Part shown: positions 12,079 to 28,300 of the stretch, in pieces | Position numbering within the stretch: position 1 is the stretch's first letter | Layout of the letters: each line of letters begins with the position of its first letter | DNA from: Macrostomum lignano | Lineage: Eukaryota | Assembly (NCBI GenBank): GCA_002269645.1 | Contig: NIVC01001975.1 | Span: forward strand, 124,001-188,000 | Length of the DNA stretch: 64,000 nt | Reading direction: 5' to 3' | Made by a program: the position numbers and the translations under genes | Notes under the pieces: generated by a model | The model's input: only the letters and a program-made list of their open reading frames with translations | Told to the model about the DNA's origin: nothing | Databases searched by the model: none

Positions 12079-13269
12079 ATAACAATATACTATAGTCTTT
12101 TAGTTCCAGTTCCTAAATTGTATTTTGAAATATCTCTGTAATTGAATGACACCTAATAAAGCAACATTTTACTAATAAAATAATAAAATTGTCACAGAAT
12201 AAAAAACATGTCCATATAAAACTGTCTTTATAAAGTTTGTCTTTTTTATTTGAAAAAATTGCCAAAATGGCTAGCTTTAGATAAATTGGTCATTGCAAAA
12301 GTATTTTTTGCCATTATTGACTTTTGCTAAAAATTCCTTTGCCAAAGTAGGTTGAAACCTATGGTACAACAAGGTGGTTAGTGGTAATTTTGTCTACTAT
12401 ATTTTATCTATTACCTTTTTGTCTGCTAGGCCTAATATTCATGAAGAATCATATTGTCTACCAATTTGGTCTATTAATCTGCCATTAATGAAAAAAATTG
12501 GGCCTAAAATTCAAAATATATAATGTTAAATTAAAGCTTTAATAAGATGAGCTTTGAAAAGTTTTGAAGTATCACTAAATGTTATTTTAACCAATTGCAA
12601 TCTTATTTGTTAAAAATATCAATTACAATATATTTGTATAAAAAAATTCTATATTTGTGCAATTGCTTTTCAATTAAGTCATCTATACTTAGATCAATTT
12701 TACATTGTTCTGATTAAAAAATTGCAACATTTCTTCAAAGGTTCCACTAGCTACTGTATATAATTTAACATATAGATTTTTAAACTTTATGAGTTGCATT
12801 GAGGCACTTTACTAAGATTTGATTTGATTTGCATGCTACTTTTAATTGTATTTTCTATATCTATAGGGTATAAAAATAGTACAATAATATATAGCATGCC
12901 ACTATGTCTATTAAAAGCCTATTAAAAGAAGTAAAGTATGTTTGTTTGTTTTAATTCACTTTTGTCAATTCCCACAGATTGCAAAACTGGGTCTGTGTCC
13001 TATTAGTCTGCCAAATAAAGTTGTTTTGTCTGCCAGTAGACAAAACCTAAGAAATGCATATTTCCTTGGTTGTTATGTATGTTAGACTGATTTAGACTGC
13101 AGTGGAGCTGAAGTTACGCAACTTCCTCTCAGAGCTGCAAATTGGCCAGAAAGATGACGTGATCAAAGCAAGAGAACAACCATGAGAGTACTACATTTAC
13201 ATTCCATAAACTGGCTTTCCAAGCAGAGATCGGCAGACTTTTACCTCAAAGGCCAGATAAGAAATCCAG

Positions 13270-15190
<1,921 letters not shown>

Positions 15191-15979
15191 TAGAGGCCAG
15201 AGTTTGCCAATACATGTTTTAGAGTCAGACAGACATTGCCTGACATTCTGCACAGCACCTCAGCCTACAATATCAAATGTTTGCCTCAAATCCAAATTTT
15301 ACACGATTGTACTCCATTTTATGCTTACCTTATCAACAAGTTTTTGTTTGTGTATGGCTTTAGACTTCAGAATACATGCAAAATTAGTTCCGGGGATTGG
15401 AATTCCCCAGGTTCAAAATCCTCGGGTTGCAACAGCTTGTATAGCCTATATAGACAGACTATCTAGGAAATAATTGCTTTTTTGGCTATCTTGTAGTTCA
15501 TAAGCATTTGTCATAATCTAGATAAAAAGAATTTTAAATAAAAATAAGATTTATTTAAAATTTGTTTAAATTAAATTAAGCCAAATCAAGATAAATTGCT
15601 AAATTGAAATCCAAGATCAGCCATAAAGTTAAAAATATAATATATAATCAGTTTTATTTATATCAAAAATAATTATAAAGCAGAGGCAAACAAATGTTAC
15701 AGTGTATTAGCTATAGTGTTTTCTTTTTTAAATGATTACTTTGGAATCCATTAAATTATGATTTTCAATGCATTTCACTTCAAAAAAAGTGATCTTGACT
15801 TGATTTTTTAGATTCATCCAGGCCAGCAAGGCAACTGCAAGTTGCTTATTTTGCATTGAATGCCACAATAATTCTTAAGTGTCCTTTAACTTCAAATGTT
15901 GTGTAAGTTTTTCTCATTGTTTATTATCAAATCATGCATTAATTAATTTTATTAAATTAGTAAATTCTCCTTTCTTTAG

Positions 15980-16348
15980 CTGGTGGCACAGCAGGAGCAA
16001 AAGAGACAATGCTGTGCCTGTTCAGTCAATATTCAGCAGTCGTCTGTATCAACTGCAGTTGCCAAACTTGTTGCTAGCTATAAAACTCAAGTCGCCAGAT
16101 AACAAAACAGGCTACTATTGGTGTCAATCAACAACTGAAGCGATTAGTCAGACTAAATTTCGCAGTGCATTTCTTATACAATCGGATAATAAAAATCAGT
16201 TGGTGTCTGTTCGAGCTGATCGAATCCGATTGAATAAACTGAGACAGGCTGCATTAGCAGTTCCCGTCAGTTCGTCTGTTGCGCTGCCCTGCGGTCACGT
16301 GACCAACTCTAGTCGAATTCGATGGTTGCGTGACGGTGAAATTGTCAG
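15980..16348 (+). CDS. DCC-like exon (Ig domain segments)
   Basis: tttag|...TGYYWCQ...VALPCGHVTNSSRIRWLRDGEIV|gtgag. Confidence 0.7.
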
Positions 16349-19300
16349 GTGAGTTTTTTGAGTGACAGTGGAGGTCTGCGTGGGTCAAGAATGTGTCTGT
16401 TTGGGTCAAACAGAGGTCTGAGTGGGTCAAGAATGTGTCTGTTTGGGTCAAACAGAGGTCTGCGTGGATCAAGAATGTGTCTGTTTGGGTCAAACAGAGG
16501 TCTGAGTGGGTCAAGAATGTGTCTGTTTGGGTCAAACAGAGGTCTGCGTGGATCAAGAATGTGTCTGTTTGGGTTAAACCGAGGTCTGAGTGGGTCAAGC
16601 ATGTGTTTGATTGGGTTAAACCGAGGTCTGAGTGGGTCAAGCATGTGTTTGATTGGGTTAAACCGAGGTCTGAGTGGATCAAGCATGTGTCTGTTTGGGT
16701 CAAACAGAGGTCTGAGTGGGTCAAGCATGTGTTTGATTGGGTTAAACCGAGGTCTGAGTGGGTCAAGCATGTGTTTGATTGGGTTAAACCGAGGTCTGCG
16801 TGGATCAAGAATGTGTCTGTTTGGGTTAAACCGAGGTCTGAGTGGGTCAAGCATGTGTTTGATTGGGTTAAACCGAGGTCTGAGTGGATCAAGCATGTGT
16901 CTGTTTGGGTCAAACAGAGGTCTGAGTGGGTCAAGCATGTGTTTGATTGGGTTAAACCGAGGTCTGAGTGGATCAAGCATGTGTTTGATTGGGTTAAACC
17001 GAGGTTTGAGTGGGTCAAGCATGTGTTTGATTGGGTTAAACCGAGGTCTGAGTGGGTCAAGCATGTGTTTGATTGGGTTAAACCGAGGTCTGAGTGGATC
17101 AAGCCTGTGTTTGATTGGGTTAAACCGAGGTCTGAGTGGATCAAACAGAAGCCTGAGTGGGTCAAACAGAAGCCTGAGTGGGTCAAACAGAGGTCTGCGT
17201 GGGTCAAGCATGTGTTTTATTGGGTTAAACCGAGGTCTAAGTGGATCAAACAGAAGCCTGAGTGGGTCAAACAGAAGCCTGAGTGGGTCAAGCAGAGGTC
17301 CGACTAGGTCAAGCAGAGGTCTGACTGGGTCAAGCAGAGGTCTGAGTGGGTCAAACAGAGGTCTGACTGGGTCAAGCGGAGGTCTGACTGGGTCAAGCAG
17401 AAGTCTGACTGGGTCAAGCGGAGGTCTGGCTGGGTCAAGCAGTGTGTATAAATAGCACTAACCCACCCCCTCCAAAAAAACTCATGGTTTTCCTTGTTGC
17501 TTTACCAAGCCAGAGGCCATCAGTTTAGCAATTAACAAATCGTATTTTTGACGCAGGATAAAAAGTTCTAACATGCATTCTGATATTTATGTGATATTAT
17601 TTATTGATTAAAGAACGAAAGTTTCTAATAGTGTATTAGAATACGTTTAACTAGTTAGAGAGATTTACTCATTAGCGTATTATTGGTGGCAGTGAAAGGG
17701 CATTCAATCAGGTCTTTCCTTTATGCGATTTGTACCGGCATAGGGTGCTTTTTCTAGGCTAATGACTGGCATCAATCATCATTTGCCGGCCAATATGTTT
17801 CTTGTGTTTGCTTCAATTAAAGTCCTGCATTGTGTGTGTTCGCCCTAATTGATGCATTTGTCTTTTGTTGCCCTGATGCAGGACAGGAGTTCGTTTGATC
17901 ATTAACTCGGCGCAGTTGTCCGACTCAGGCTTGTACACCTGCTGGATTGTCGACGATGTCGATGCTAGTCAACTGCTGATGGTAGTTGCCCGATGGGACT
18001 TGACGGTGCTGCCACTGACCGATGCTGGCGCTTCTGCTAGAGAAGCGGTGCTGGAGTCGCATTGTTCCGGGCAGTTGGGTGAGTCTGGGGTGGGGCTAAC
18101 ACCCTTCCAGGGGTGAGATTTCAGGGTCAGGGGTGAGACTGCGGGATAAGTGTGAGATTTCGTTATTAGGGGTGAGATTTCAGGGTCGGGGGTGAGACTG
18201 CGGGATAAGTGTGAGATTTCGTTATTAGGGGTGAGATTTCAGGGTCAGGGGTGAGACTGCGGGATAAGTGGAGATTTCGTTATTAGGGGTGAGATTTCAG
18301 GGTCAGGGGTGAGACTGCGGGATAAGTGTGAGATTTCGTTATTAGGGGTGAGATTTCAGGGTCAGGGGTGAGACTGCGGAATAAGTGTGAGATTTCGTTA
18401 TTAGGGGTGAGATTTCAGGGTCAGGGGTGTGACTGCGGGTTAGGGGTGAGACTTCGTGGTTAGGGGTGAGACTTCGGTGAGATTTCGGGGTTTCGGATGA
18501 GATTTCAGGGTAAGGGGGTAAGATTTCGGGGTTTCGGATGAGATTTCAGGGTTAGGGGGTAAGATTTCGGGGTTTCGGATGAAATTTCAGGGTTCTGAGG
18601 TCACTCTTGCAGGGGTGAGATTTCGAGGTTCCGAGGTCACTCTTGCAGGGGTGAGATTTCGAGATTCTGAGGTCACTCTTGCAGGGGTGAGATTTCGAGA
18701 TTCTGAGGTCACTCTTGCAGGGGTGAGATTTCGAGATTCTGAGGTCACTCTTGCAGGGGTGAGATTTCGAGGTTCTGAGGTCACTCTTGCAGGGGTGAGA
18801 TTTCGAGATTCTGAGGTCACTCTTGCAGGGGTGAGATTTCGAGGTTCTGAGGTCACTCTTGCAGGGGTGAGATTTCGAGGTTCTGAGGTCACTCTTGCAG
18901 GGGTGAGATTTCGAGGTTCTGAGGTCACTCTTGCAGGGGTGAGATTTCGAGGTTCTGAGGTCACTCTTGCAGGGGTGAGATTTCGAGGTTCTGAGGTCAC
19001 TCTTGCAGGGGTGAGATTTCGAGGTTCTGAGGTCACTCTTGCAGGGGTGAGATAAGAAATACCCACTCAGTAAGTGGGTATTGAGTGACCTCAGAAATAC
19101 CCACTCACTATGAACCAGCTATGCATCTATTCGTTTGTTAAAAGGATAATGCTAGTATACACTTACTAAAACTGTACCTGTGTAGCATGATTCTTATAAG
19201 AGTGGCTTTGCCCATTGGCAAAAGTCTGATTCATTCTTTTAATTTCTTCTAGTAGATATTATATTGCCATTGCAACGGACAAGAAAACTGTTTGCTGAAC

Positions 19301-22300
19301 AGCCATACATATCTATAGAAAGTCTGCTTCGCCGACATCCGGGCAGGAATTTCTTCATAGATGGCAAAGCTGTGTGTAGCCTGAATTCTTCCATTTATTT
19401 TTGTTGGACTGAGTGTCGCACCACCAGACAGTCGGGCGCCTGTGTCTGCGCTGTACCCTCTGCAATTGTAAAAAAATTGTTTTACTAATATCTAAACGAC
19501 TACGGCCTGTGTGTTTGCTGTTCTGTCTGTCATAGTGTAAAGGCATGGTGCAACATTTCATATATATTTTCTGTAGGTTTAATGGGTTGTAGCGAAATTG
19601 CTTGTGTGATCAAGAGTATATCTGACTATTGTCAAGAGTATATCTGACTATTGTCAAGAGTATATCTGACTATTGTCAAGAGTATATCTGACTATTGTCA
19701 AGAGTATATCTGACTATTGCCAAGAGTATATCTGACTATTGCCAAGAGTATATCTGACTATTGCCAAGAGTATATCTGACTATTGCCAAGAGTATATCTG
19801 ACTATTGTCAAGAGTATATCTGACTATTGTCAAGAGTATATCTGACTATTGCCAAGAGTATATCTGACTTTTGTGTCAAGAGTATATCTGACTATTGTCA
19901 AGAGTATATCTGACTATTGCCAAGAGTATATCTGACTTTTGTGTCAAGAGTATATCTGACTATTGTCAAGAGTATATCTGACTATTGCCAAGATTATATC
20001 TGACTTTTGTGTCAAGAGTATATCTGACTATTGTGTCAAGAGTATATCTGACTATTGTCAAGAGTATATCTGACTATTGCCAAGAGTATATCTGACTATT
20101 GTGTCAAGAGTATATCTGACTATTGTCAAGAGTATATCTGACTATTGTCAAGAGTATATCTGACTATTGTGTCAAGAGTATATCTGACTATTGTCAAGAG
20201 TATATCTGACTATTGTCAAGAGTATATCTGACTATTGTGTCAAGAGTATATCTGACTATTGCCAAGAGTATATCTGACTTTTGTGTCAAGAGTATATCTG
20301 ACTTTTGTGTCAAGAGTATATCTGACTTTTGTGTCAAGAGTATATCTGACTATTGTGCCAAGAGTATATCTGACTATTGTGTCAAGAGTATATCTGACTA
20401 TTGCCAAGAGTATATCTGACTATTGTGTCAAGAGTATATCTGACTATTGTGTCAAGAGTATATGTGACTATTGTCAAGAGTATATCTGACTATTGCCAAG
20501 AGTATATCTGACTATTGTCAAGAGTATATCTGACTATTGTCAAGAGTATATCTGACTATTGCCAAGAGTATATCTGACTATTGTCAAGAGTATATCTGAC
20601 TTTTGTGTCAAGAGTATATCTGACTATTGTCAAGAGTATATCTGACTATTGTCAAGAGTATATCTGACTATTGTGTCAAGAGTATATCTGACTATTGTCA
20701 AGAGTATATCTGACTTTTGTGTCAAGAGTATATCTGATTATTGTCAAGAGTATATCTGACTATTGTCAAGAGTATATCTGACTATTGCCAAGAGTATATC
20801 TGACTATTGTCAAGAGTATATCTGACTATTGTCAAGAGTATATCTGACTATTGTCAAGAGTATATCTGACTATTGCCAAGAGTATATCTGACTATTGTCA
20901 AGAGTATATCTGACTATTGTCAAGAGTATATCTGACTATTGCCAAGAGTATATCTGACTATTGTCAAGAGTATATCTGACTTTTGTGTCAAGAGTATATC
21001 TGACTATTGTCAAGAGTATATCTGACTATTGTCAAGAGTATATCTGACTATTGTGTCAAGAGTATATCTGACTATTGTCAAGAGTATATCTGACTTTTGT
21101 GTCAAGAGTATATCTGATTATTGTCAAGAGTATATCTCACTATTGTCAAGAGTATATCTCACTATTGTCAAGAGTATATCTGACTATTGTCAAGAGTATA
21201 TCTCACTATTGTCAAGAGTATATCTGACTTTTGTGTCAAGAGTATATCTGACTATTGTCAAGAGTATATCTGACTATTGTCAAGAGTATATCTGACTATT
21301 GTCAAGAGTATATCTGACTATTGTCAAGAGTATATCTCACTATTGTCAAGAGTATATCTCACTATTGTCAAGAGTGTCTAAATGTGTTGTCAAGGATCTC
21401 TGGCTGTTTTTTTGTTTTGTTGTCAGTGTTGTGAAAGTTCTGTACGTGATTTTTTCTCAATTTTACCAGTGCCATCAACATTTCCTGTTGTTTAGCCAGC
21501 AACAGAAGCTAGTTCATATTTTTTTCACGTGTTGAAAAAGAATACAGTGGTTTTTCACACTCGGCTAGAATCCCGAGTTCCAATGCCTGGCAACGCTTTT
21601 CTACTCTTCCTTTTCCTCTCGATCAGGAACTTTCTGTCAGGCCCCTGGGTCTTTTCTTTTTGACAGAACTGCGTCAAAAAATCAACAATTGGAATTTTTG
21701 GAATTGCAAAAAAGCGATGTGGTAGCAGATGTTGCAGAAATCAAGCCTACTGTATTTTCTGTTGGTACCGTATTTGCTTGCAGAAGATGGCAGCAATTCT
21801 AATGCTGACAAAGTGCCGTGTCTGCTGACTTGGGCTACTGGCTTGACGGCAACTCAAGCTACCTCTACAGCAATGGGTGACAGGTAAGAACAGTATTACT
21901 AATCTAATCACATTTTTGCTCACAATTACGCTCTGTAATCTCGCTCTCTCCTACATGTAATCGTTTTTGCCGTGAGATTTTTCTTCCTGAGGGCGATCTC
22001 TCTCCGGAGAATCGCCCCTAATCCAGCACAGAGAATTGCCCTAATCCAGCACATAGAATCGCCCTAATCCACCCAGAGAATCGCCCTAATCCAGCATAGA
22101 GAATAGCCCTAATCCAGCATAGAGAATCGCCCTAATCCAGCACAGAGAATCGCCCTAATCCAGCACAGAGAATTGCCCTAATCCAGCATAGAGAATCGCC
22201 CTAATCCAGCACAGAGAATCGCCCTAATCCAGCACAGAGAATCGCCCTAATCCAGCACAGAGAATCGCCCTAATCCAGCACAGAGAATCGCCCTAATCCA

Positions 22301-25300
22301 CCCAAGGAATCGCCCTAATCCAGCACAGAGAATCGCCCTAATGTAGCACAGAGAATCGCCCTAATCCAGCACAGAGAATCGCCCTAATCCAGCACAGAGA
22401 ATCGCCCTAATCCAGCACAGAGAATCGCCCTAATGTAGCACAGAGAATCGCCCTAATCCAGCACAGAGAATCGCCCTAATCCAGCACAGAGAATCGCCCT
22501 AATCCAGCACAGAGAATCGCCCTAATGTAGCACAGAGAATCGCCCTAATCCAGCACAGAGAATCGCCCTAATCCAGCACAGAGAATCGCCCTAATGTAGC
22601 ACAGAGAATCGCCCTAATCCAGCACAGAGAATCGCCCTAATCCAGCACAGAGAATCGCCCTAATCCAGCACAGAGAATCGCCCTAATGTAGCACAGAGAA
22701 TCGCCCTAATCCAGCACAGAGAATCGCCCTAATCCAGCACAGAGAATCGCCCTAATCCAGCACAGAGAATCGCCCTAATCCAGCACAGAGAATCGCCCTA
22801 ATGTAGCACAGAGAATCGCCCTAATCCAGCACAGAGAATCGCCCTAATCCAGCACAGAGAATCGCCCTAATCCAGCACAGAGAATCGCCCTAATCCAGCA
22901 CAGAGAATCGCCCTAATCCAGCACAGAGAATCGCCCTAATCCACCCAAGGAATCGCCCTAATCCAGCACAGAGAATCGCCCTAATCCAGCACAGAGAATC
23001 GCCCTAATCCAGCACAGAGAATCGCCCTAATCCAGCACAGAGAATCGCCCTAATCCAGCATAGAGAATTGCCCTAATGTAGCACAGAGAATCGCCCTAAT
23101 CCAGCACAGAGAATCGCCCTAATCCAGCACAGAGAATCGCCCTAATCCAGCACAGAGAATCGCCCTAATGTAGCACAGAGAATCGCCCTAATCCAGCACA
23201 GAGAATCGCCCTAATCCAGCACAGAGAATCGCCCTAATCCAGCACAGAGAATCGCCCTAATGTAGCACAGAGAATCGCCCTAATCCAGCACAGAGAATCG
23301 CCCTAATCCAGCACAGAGAATCGCCCTAATCCAGCACAGAGAATCGCCCTAATCCAGCACAGAGAATCGCCCTAATCCAGCACAGAGAATCGCCCTAATC
23401 CAGCACAGAGAATCGCCCTAATGTAGCACAGAGAATCGCCCTAATCCAGCACAGAGAATCGCCCTAATCCAGCACAGAGAATCGCCCTAATCCAGCACAG
23501 AGAATCGCCCTAATCCAGCACAGAGAATCGCCCTAATCCACCCAAGGAATCGCCCTAATCCAGCATAGAGAATCGCCCTAATCCAGCACAGAGAATCGCC
23601 CTAATCCAGCACAGAGAATCGCCCTAATCCAGCACAGAGAATCGCCCTAATCCAGCATAGAGAATTGCCCTAATGTAGCACAGAGAATCGCCCTAATCCA
23701 GCACAGAGAATCGCCCTAATCCAGCACAGAGAATCGCCCTAATCCAGCACAGAGAATCGCCCTAATGTAGCACAGAGAATCGCCCTAATCCAGCACAGAG
23801 AATCGCCCTAATCCAGCACAGAGAATCGCCCTAATCCAGCACAGAGAATCGCCCTAATCCAGCACAGAGAATCGCCCTAATCCAGCACAGAGAATCGCCC
23901 TAATCCAGCACAGAGAATCGCCCTAATCAAACCCACGGAATCCCAATGCTTATACTGCTCCCATCTATCTCCCATTAGAGGCCGGTGGGGCCATACACGG
24001 GGAGGATTGGCCAGCTTAAGTAAACTAACAAGTCTGAGGTATTGAACTTGGCCAACTGCATTGATGAAGTGACGCATCTGTTCCCCTGCCCAGTCGGCCA
24101 ATGCTTTGCCACCTCCCTCCAACCCCCATCGCCCTGGGCCAGTTGGAGAGAAGCGTACGCGCGAATCCTTGGCTTTCTGTCATTGGCTGATTGGACTTAC
24201 TGGGTTTGGTTGCTTCTGTTTTTGGAATTGGACCAACACGCAATCGTTAAGAGAGGGGCAGCCTCCGACCCGCTCTCTCTCTCTCTCAACCTCTATAAGC
24301 CTCTAAGATTTCCTCCTAAAACTTGACTATTTATCCTCAATAGGAGATTCACTGTTATTTTTATCTTTATTTCTTGAATTAACATGCTGCTAGCATAGCA
24401 TTGTATCTGTATTAATATTGGCAATTAAACTACATAGTTTCAACAAGGATTTGCTATGCATGCAGATTCTACAAATACTTATTGCTGGCTAATTATCGCA
24501 GTATTAACTGTCGAGGCTGTAGTAGTAGTCAGTGGTGTTACAGTTAGTGATGCTGGACGAATACTCACTATTCTCAGGTGGCGGCATGGCAACCAGCGTT
24601 TGCGGCGAAGCTTGCCCGATGGTCATCTGAATGCAGGTGAGTTATTAATTACACTTACCTGTTCTCACTTATTTTTTTCATATTGTAGCCCAATGAAACA
24701 CGCCTGATCTCCGATCCCTTTGTCAATTCTTCTCTTCTCAGCGCCGCATCGCTTGATTAACCTGCGTATTTTGTCCGAGACTGCTGGCCGGACTGTCCGA
24801 GTCGGCTGGGACCGGCCGGAGCCGGCCACCTGCTTGAGAATTGAGTGAGTAACTATATATAATTATATCTTTGTGTCCTTTGTCTTTCTGGGGCTGACAA
24901 AATCGCCATTGACCTGCTAGAAAAATCACCCTTGATCTGCTAGAAGAATCGCCCTTGACCTGCTAGAAAAATCACCCTTGATCTGCTAGAAGAATCGCCC
25001 TTGACCTGCTAGATGAATCGCCCTTGATCTGCTAGAAGAATCGCCCTTGACCTGCTAGAAGAATCACCCTTGATCTGCTAGAAGAATCGCCCTTGATCTG
25101 CTAGAAGAATCGCCCTTGACCTGCTAGAAAAATCGCCCTTGACCTGTTAGAAGAATCGCCCTTGATCTGCTAGAAGAATCGCCCTTGATCTGCTAGAAGA
25201 ATCACCCTTGATCTGCTAGAAGAATCGCCCTTGATCTGCTAGAAGAATCGCCCTTGATCTGCTAGAAGAATCGCCCTTGATCTGCTAGAAAAATCGCCCT

Positions 25301-28300
25301 TGACCTGCTAGAAAAATCGCCCTTGATCTGCTAGAAAAATCGCCCTTGATCTGCTAGAAGATTGAAGAATCGCCCTTGACTTGCTAGAAGAATCGCCCTT
25401 GATCTGCTAGAAGAATCGCCCTTGATCTGCTAGAAGAATCGCCCTTGATCTGCTAGAAGAATCGCCCCTGACCTGCTAGAAGAATGAAGAATCGCCCTTG
25501 ACTTGCTAGAAGAATCGCCCTTGATCTGCTAGAAGAATCGCCCTGGATCTGCTAGAAGAATCGCCCTTGATCTGCTAGAAGAATCGCCCCTGACCTGCTA
25601 GAAGAATCGCCCTTGACCTGCTAGAAAAATCGCCCTTGACCTGTTAGAAGAATCGCCCTGGATCTGCTAGAAGAATCGCCCTTGATCTGCTAGAAGAATC
25701 GCCCCTGACCTGCTAGAAGAATCGCCCTTGACCTGCTAGAAGAATCGCCCTTGACCTGCTAGAAGAATCGCCCTTGACCTGCTAGAAGAATCGCCCTTGA
25801 CCTGCTAGAAGAATCGCTCCATGTTACCAGAATGGAATAGCTCGGATATTAGTTGCAGTCTAAATCATATGTAGGGATCTTCCCTAGTCTTGACATGCTT
25901 ACTAATTCAGTAAGCCAGGAAATCCCACTTGAGACCCGAAGGTCGCATATTTTGCAGCCGCTTGCATTTTTACATTCGACCCCTCCCCCCCCCCCCTACA
26001 AAACTAATGCCCTGCTGCTGCTAGATAAGGCGCACGCCTTTCATTAAATACCCACTAGCGCATGTCCAGCAATGTCCTGTTGTTGCGGCCCAGTGCGCCC
26101 ATCTCCTTGTATCTGTCTCCGTTTTCGAAATCCCCCATACTGGAGAGCATTGAGCTGGCTGCTTGAGTGGAAATTAGATGGTTGATGAAGGAATCTGGGG
26201 AAAACAGGGGGTGGTAGGGAGAAATTGATTGCGATAAACCAAAGCTAGCAGTGTTTCTGCTGCCATTGCAGCCTGATATGGTTGCAGCTAAATCGACTTC
26301 AAGTGATTTGGGAGGCCCGAGACTAGTGGGGCTAGAGAATTATTGAGCGCTTGGCTGAGCGGGGAGTGGAGTGGGGGTTGGGGATGGGATAAAATTCCCA
26401 GCCAGATTGGCGTCGAGTTTCTGTGGGCTCGGCCGGGTCGCGCTGGCGGGAAAGTGGAAAATGAGGAAATAATGCCGGTTTCCGGTGGCACAGGGCAAGG
26501 AGAGGGGGTAGCGGCTGCGGTCCCTTCAGGGAGATTTCCCACACTGCCATTTATCTGTGCCCTCCTGCCTGTGTGCCGGCCACCAGCCACGTCTTTATTT
26601 TGTTCATTCCGACATTGGTTGGACAACAAAAAGCTGAACTTAAACCTGACTTTTACAAGCATTGAAACCTTTGATTTCACCCAATAAAGCATCCGGTAGG
26701 GGTAGAGTCACCCACTGAAGCATCCGGTAGGGTTGGAGTCACCCACTGAAGCATCCGGTAGGGGTGGTCACCCACTGAAGCATCCGGTAGGGGTGGAGTC
26801 ACCCACTGAAGCATCCGGTAGGGGTGGAGTCACCCACTGAAGCATCCGGTAGGGGTGGAGTCACCCACTGAAGCATCCGGTAGGGGTGGAGTCACACACT
26901 GACTGAAGCATCCGGTAGGGGTGGAGTCACCCACTGAAGCATCCGGTAGGGGTGTAGTCACCCACTGAAGCATCCGGTAGGGGTGTAGTCACCCACTGAA
27001 GCATCTGTGCTTATCATCAGCTGATAGACGTTCGCGGTCTTCATCAGTTCAAACGCTTACACTTTCTCCCTTCTAGACTGCGACTTCAGCCTCCACCCAG
27101 CAGCGGCCCGGCCGTCACCTCGGCCAGCTGCTCGGCCACATTGGCCGATCTGCCCATCGGCCGCTCGACGAATCGCCTGTCGGCTAGAATCCTTGGCCCG
27201 GACGGCCGGTTCTCCCCGTCGGCCAGCCTAGTAATCGGCCTCGGCCAACCTAATATCGCTCCGCCGTCCGGCCTCACCGCCTGGTCTCGAGACGGCGTTG
27301 TGCACGTTGCCTGGCAACCGCCACAGTCTGCGGCCGACTCCGAGATTGCCGACTATATTGTCGCTTATCGACCGGCTGCAACCGTTGAAGATGACGACGA
27401 CAACAATGAACAGCGGCTGCTGACCGTGGCCGGCCTTGAATGCCAGCTGCCGCCGGGCCTGCCTGCTAAGCGGCGGTTTCTTGTCCGCGTGGCCGCTCGC
27501 ACTGCCGCCGGCTTTGTTGGCGCCTTCACCGACTGGCTGCCGTTCGACACTGGCCACCGGAACGCCTGTGAGTTGGGAGCTCGGATTTTAGCACTCTGCA
27601 ATCCCACATCTGGTTTGGCTCCCCTGACACCTCATTTGGCTCCCCTGACACCTCATTTGGCTCCCCTGACACCTCATTTGGCTCCCCTGACACCTCATTT
27701 GGCTCCCCTGACACCTCATTTGGCTCACCTGACATTTGATTTGGCTCCCCTGACATTTGATTTGGTTCACCTGACATTTAATTTGGCTCATCTGACACTT
27801 GATTTGGCTCCCCTGACATTTGATTTGGCTCACCTGACACCTGATTTGGCTCCCCTGACATTTGGTTTGGCTCACCTGACATTTGATTTGGCTCCCCTGA
27901 CACCTCATTTGGCTCCCCCTGACACCTCATTTGGCTCCCCTGACACCTCATTTGGCTCCCCTGACACCTCATTTGGCTCCCCTGACACTTCATTTGGCTC
28001 CCCCTGACACCTCATTTGGTTCACCTGACATTTAATTTGGCTCACCTGACATTTGATTTGGTTCACCTGACACCTCATTTGGTGCCCCTGACATTTGGAG
28101 TCGAGCCCAGGTCCTTCTAGCATAATTGTTCTGGAGCTGCCACTGTCTCGTGGTATTTCTTAAACTTTTCGTTTGCAATAGCTACATGTACGTTCAATTA
28201 GGCTAACATATTTATTTTGCTCATACGTACAGTCCCTAATTATTGATCGCACCACTTTCATTCTTCACTGATCGCCCCACCCCACATTACGCTCACGTGT

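Noticed and set aside
18110-18580. Interstitial telomere-like sequence (TTAGGGG/TCAGGG)
   Set aside because: Only isolated hexamer-like words inside a 59-bp unit; no (TTAGGG)n run.
19609-25817. CRISPR-like appearance of regularly spaced 22-23 bp repeats
   Set aside because: The units are head-to-tail with no unique spacers, there are no cas genes, and the DNA is eukaryotic.
27021-27076. Extra FN3-like piece LIDVRGLHQFKR before the 27077 exon
   Set aside because: That acceptor gives a stop in the required phase, whereas the 27077 acceptor yields a complete FN3.
16254-28123. Long ORFs with periodic peptides (e.g. 16349-17455, 18579-19066, 20213-21535, 27588-28123)
   Set aside because: They are translations of intronic minisatellites, open in several frames and on both strands, and lie between well-supported splice sites.
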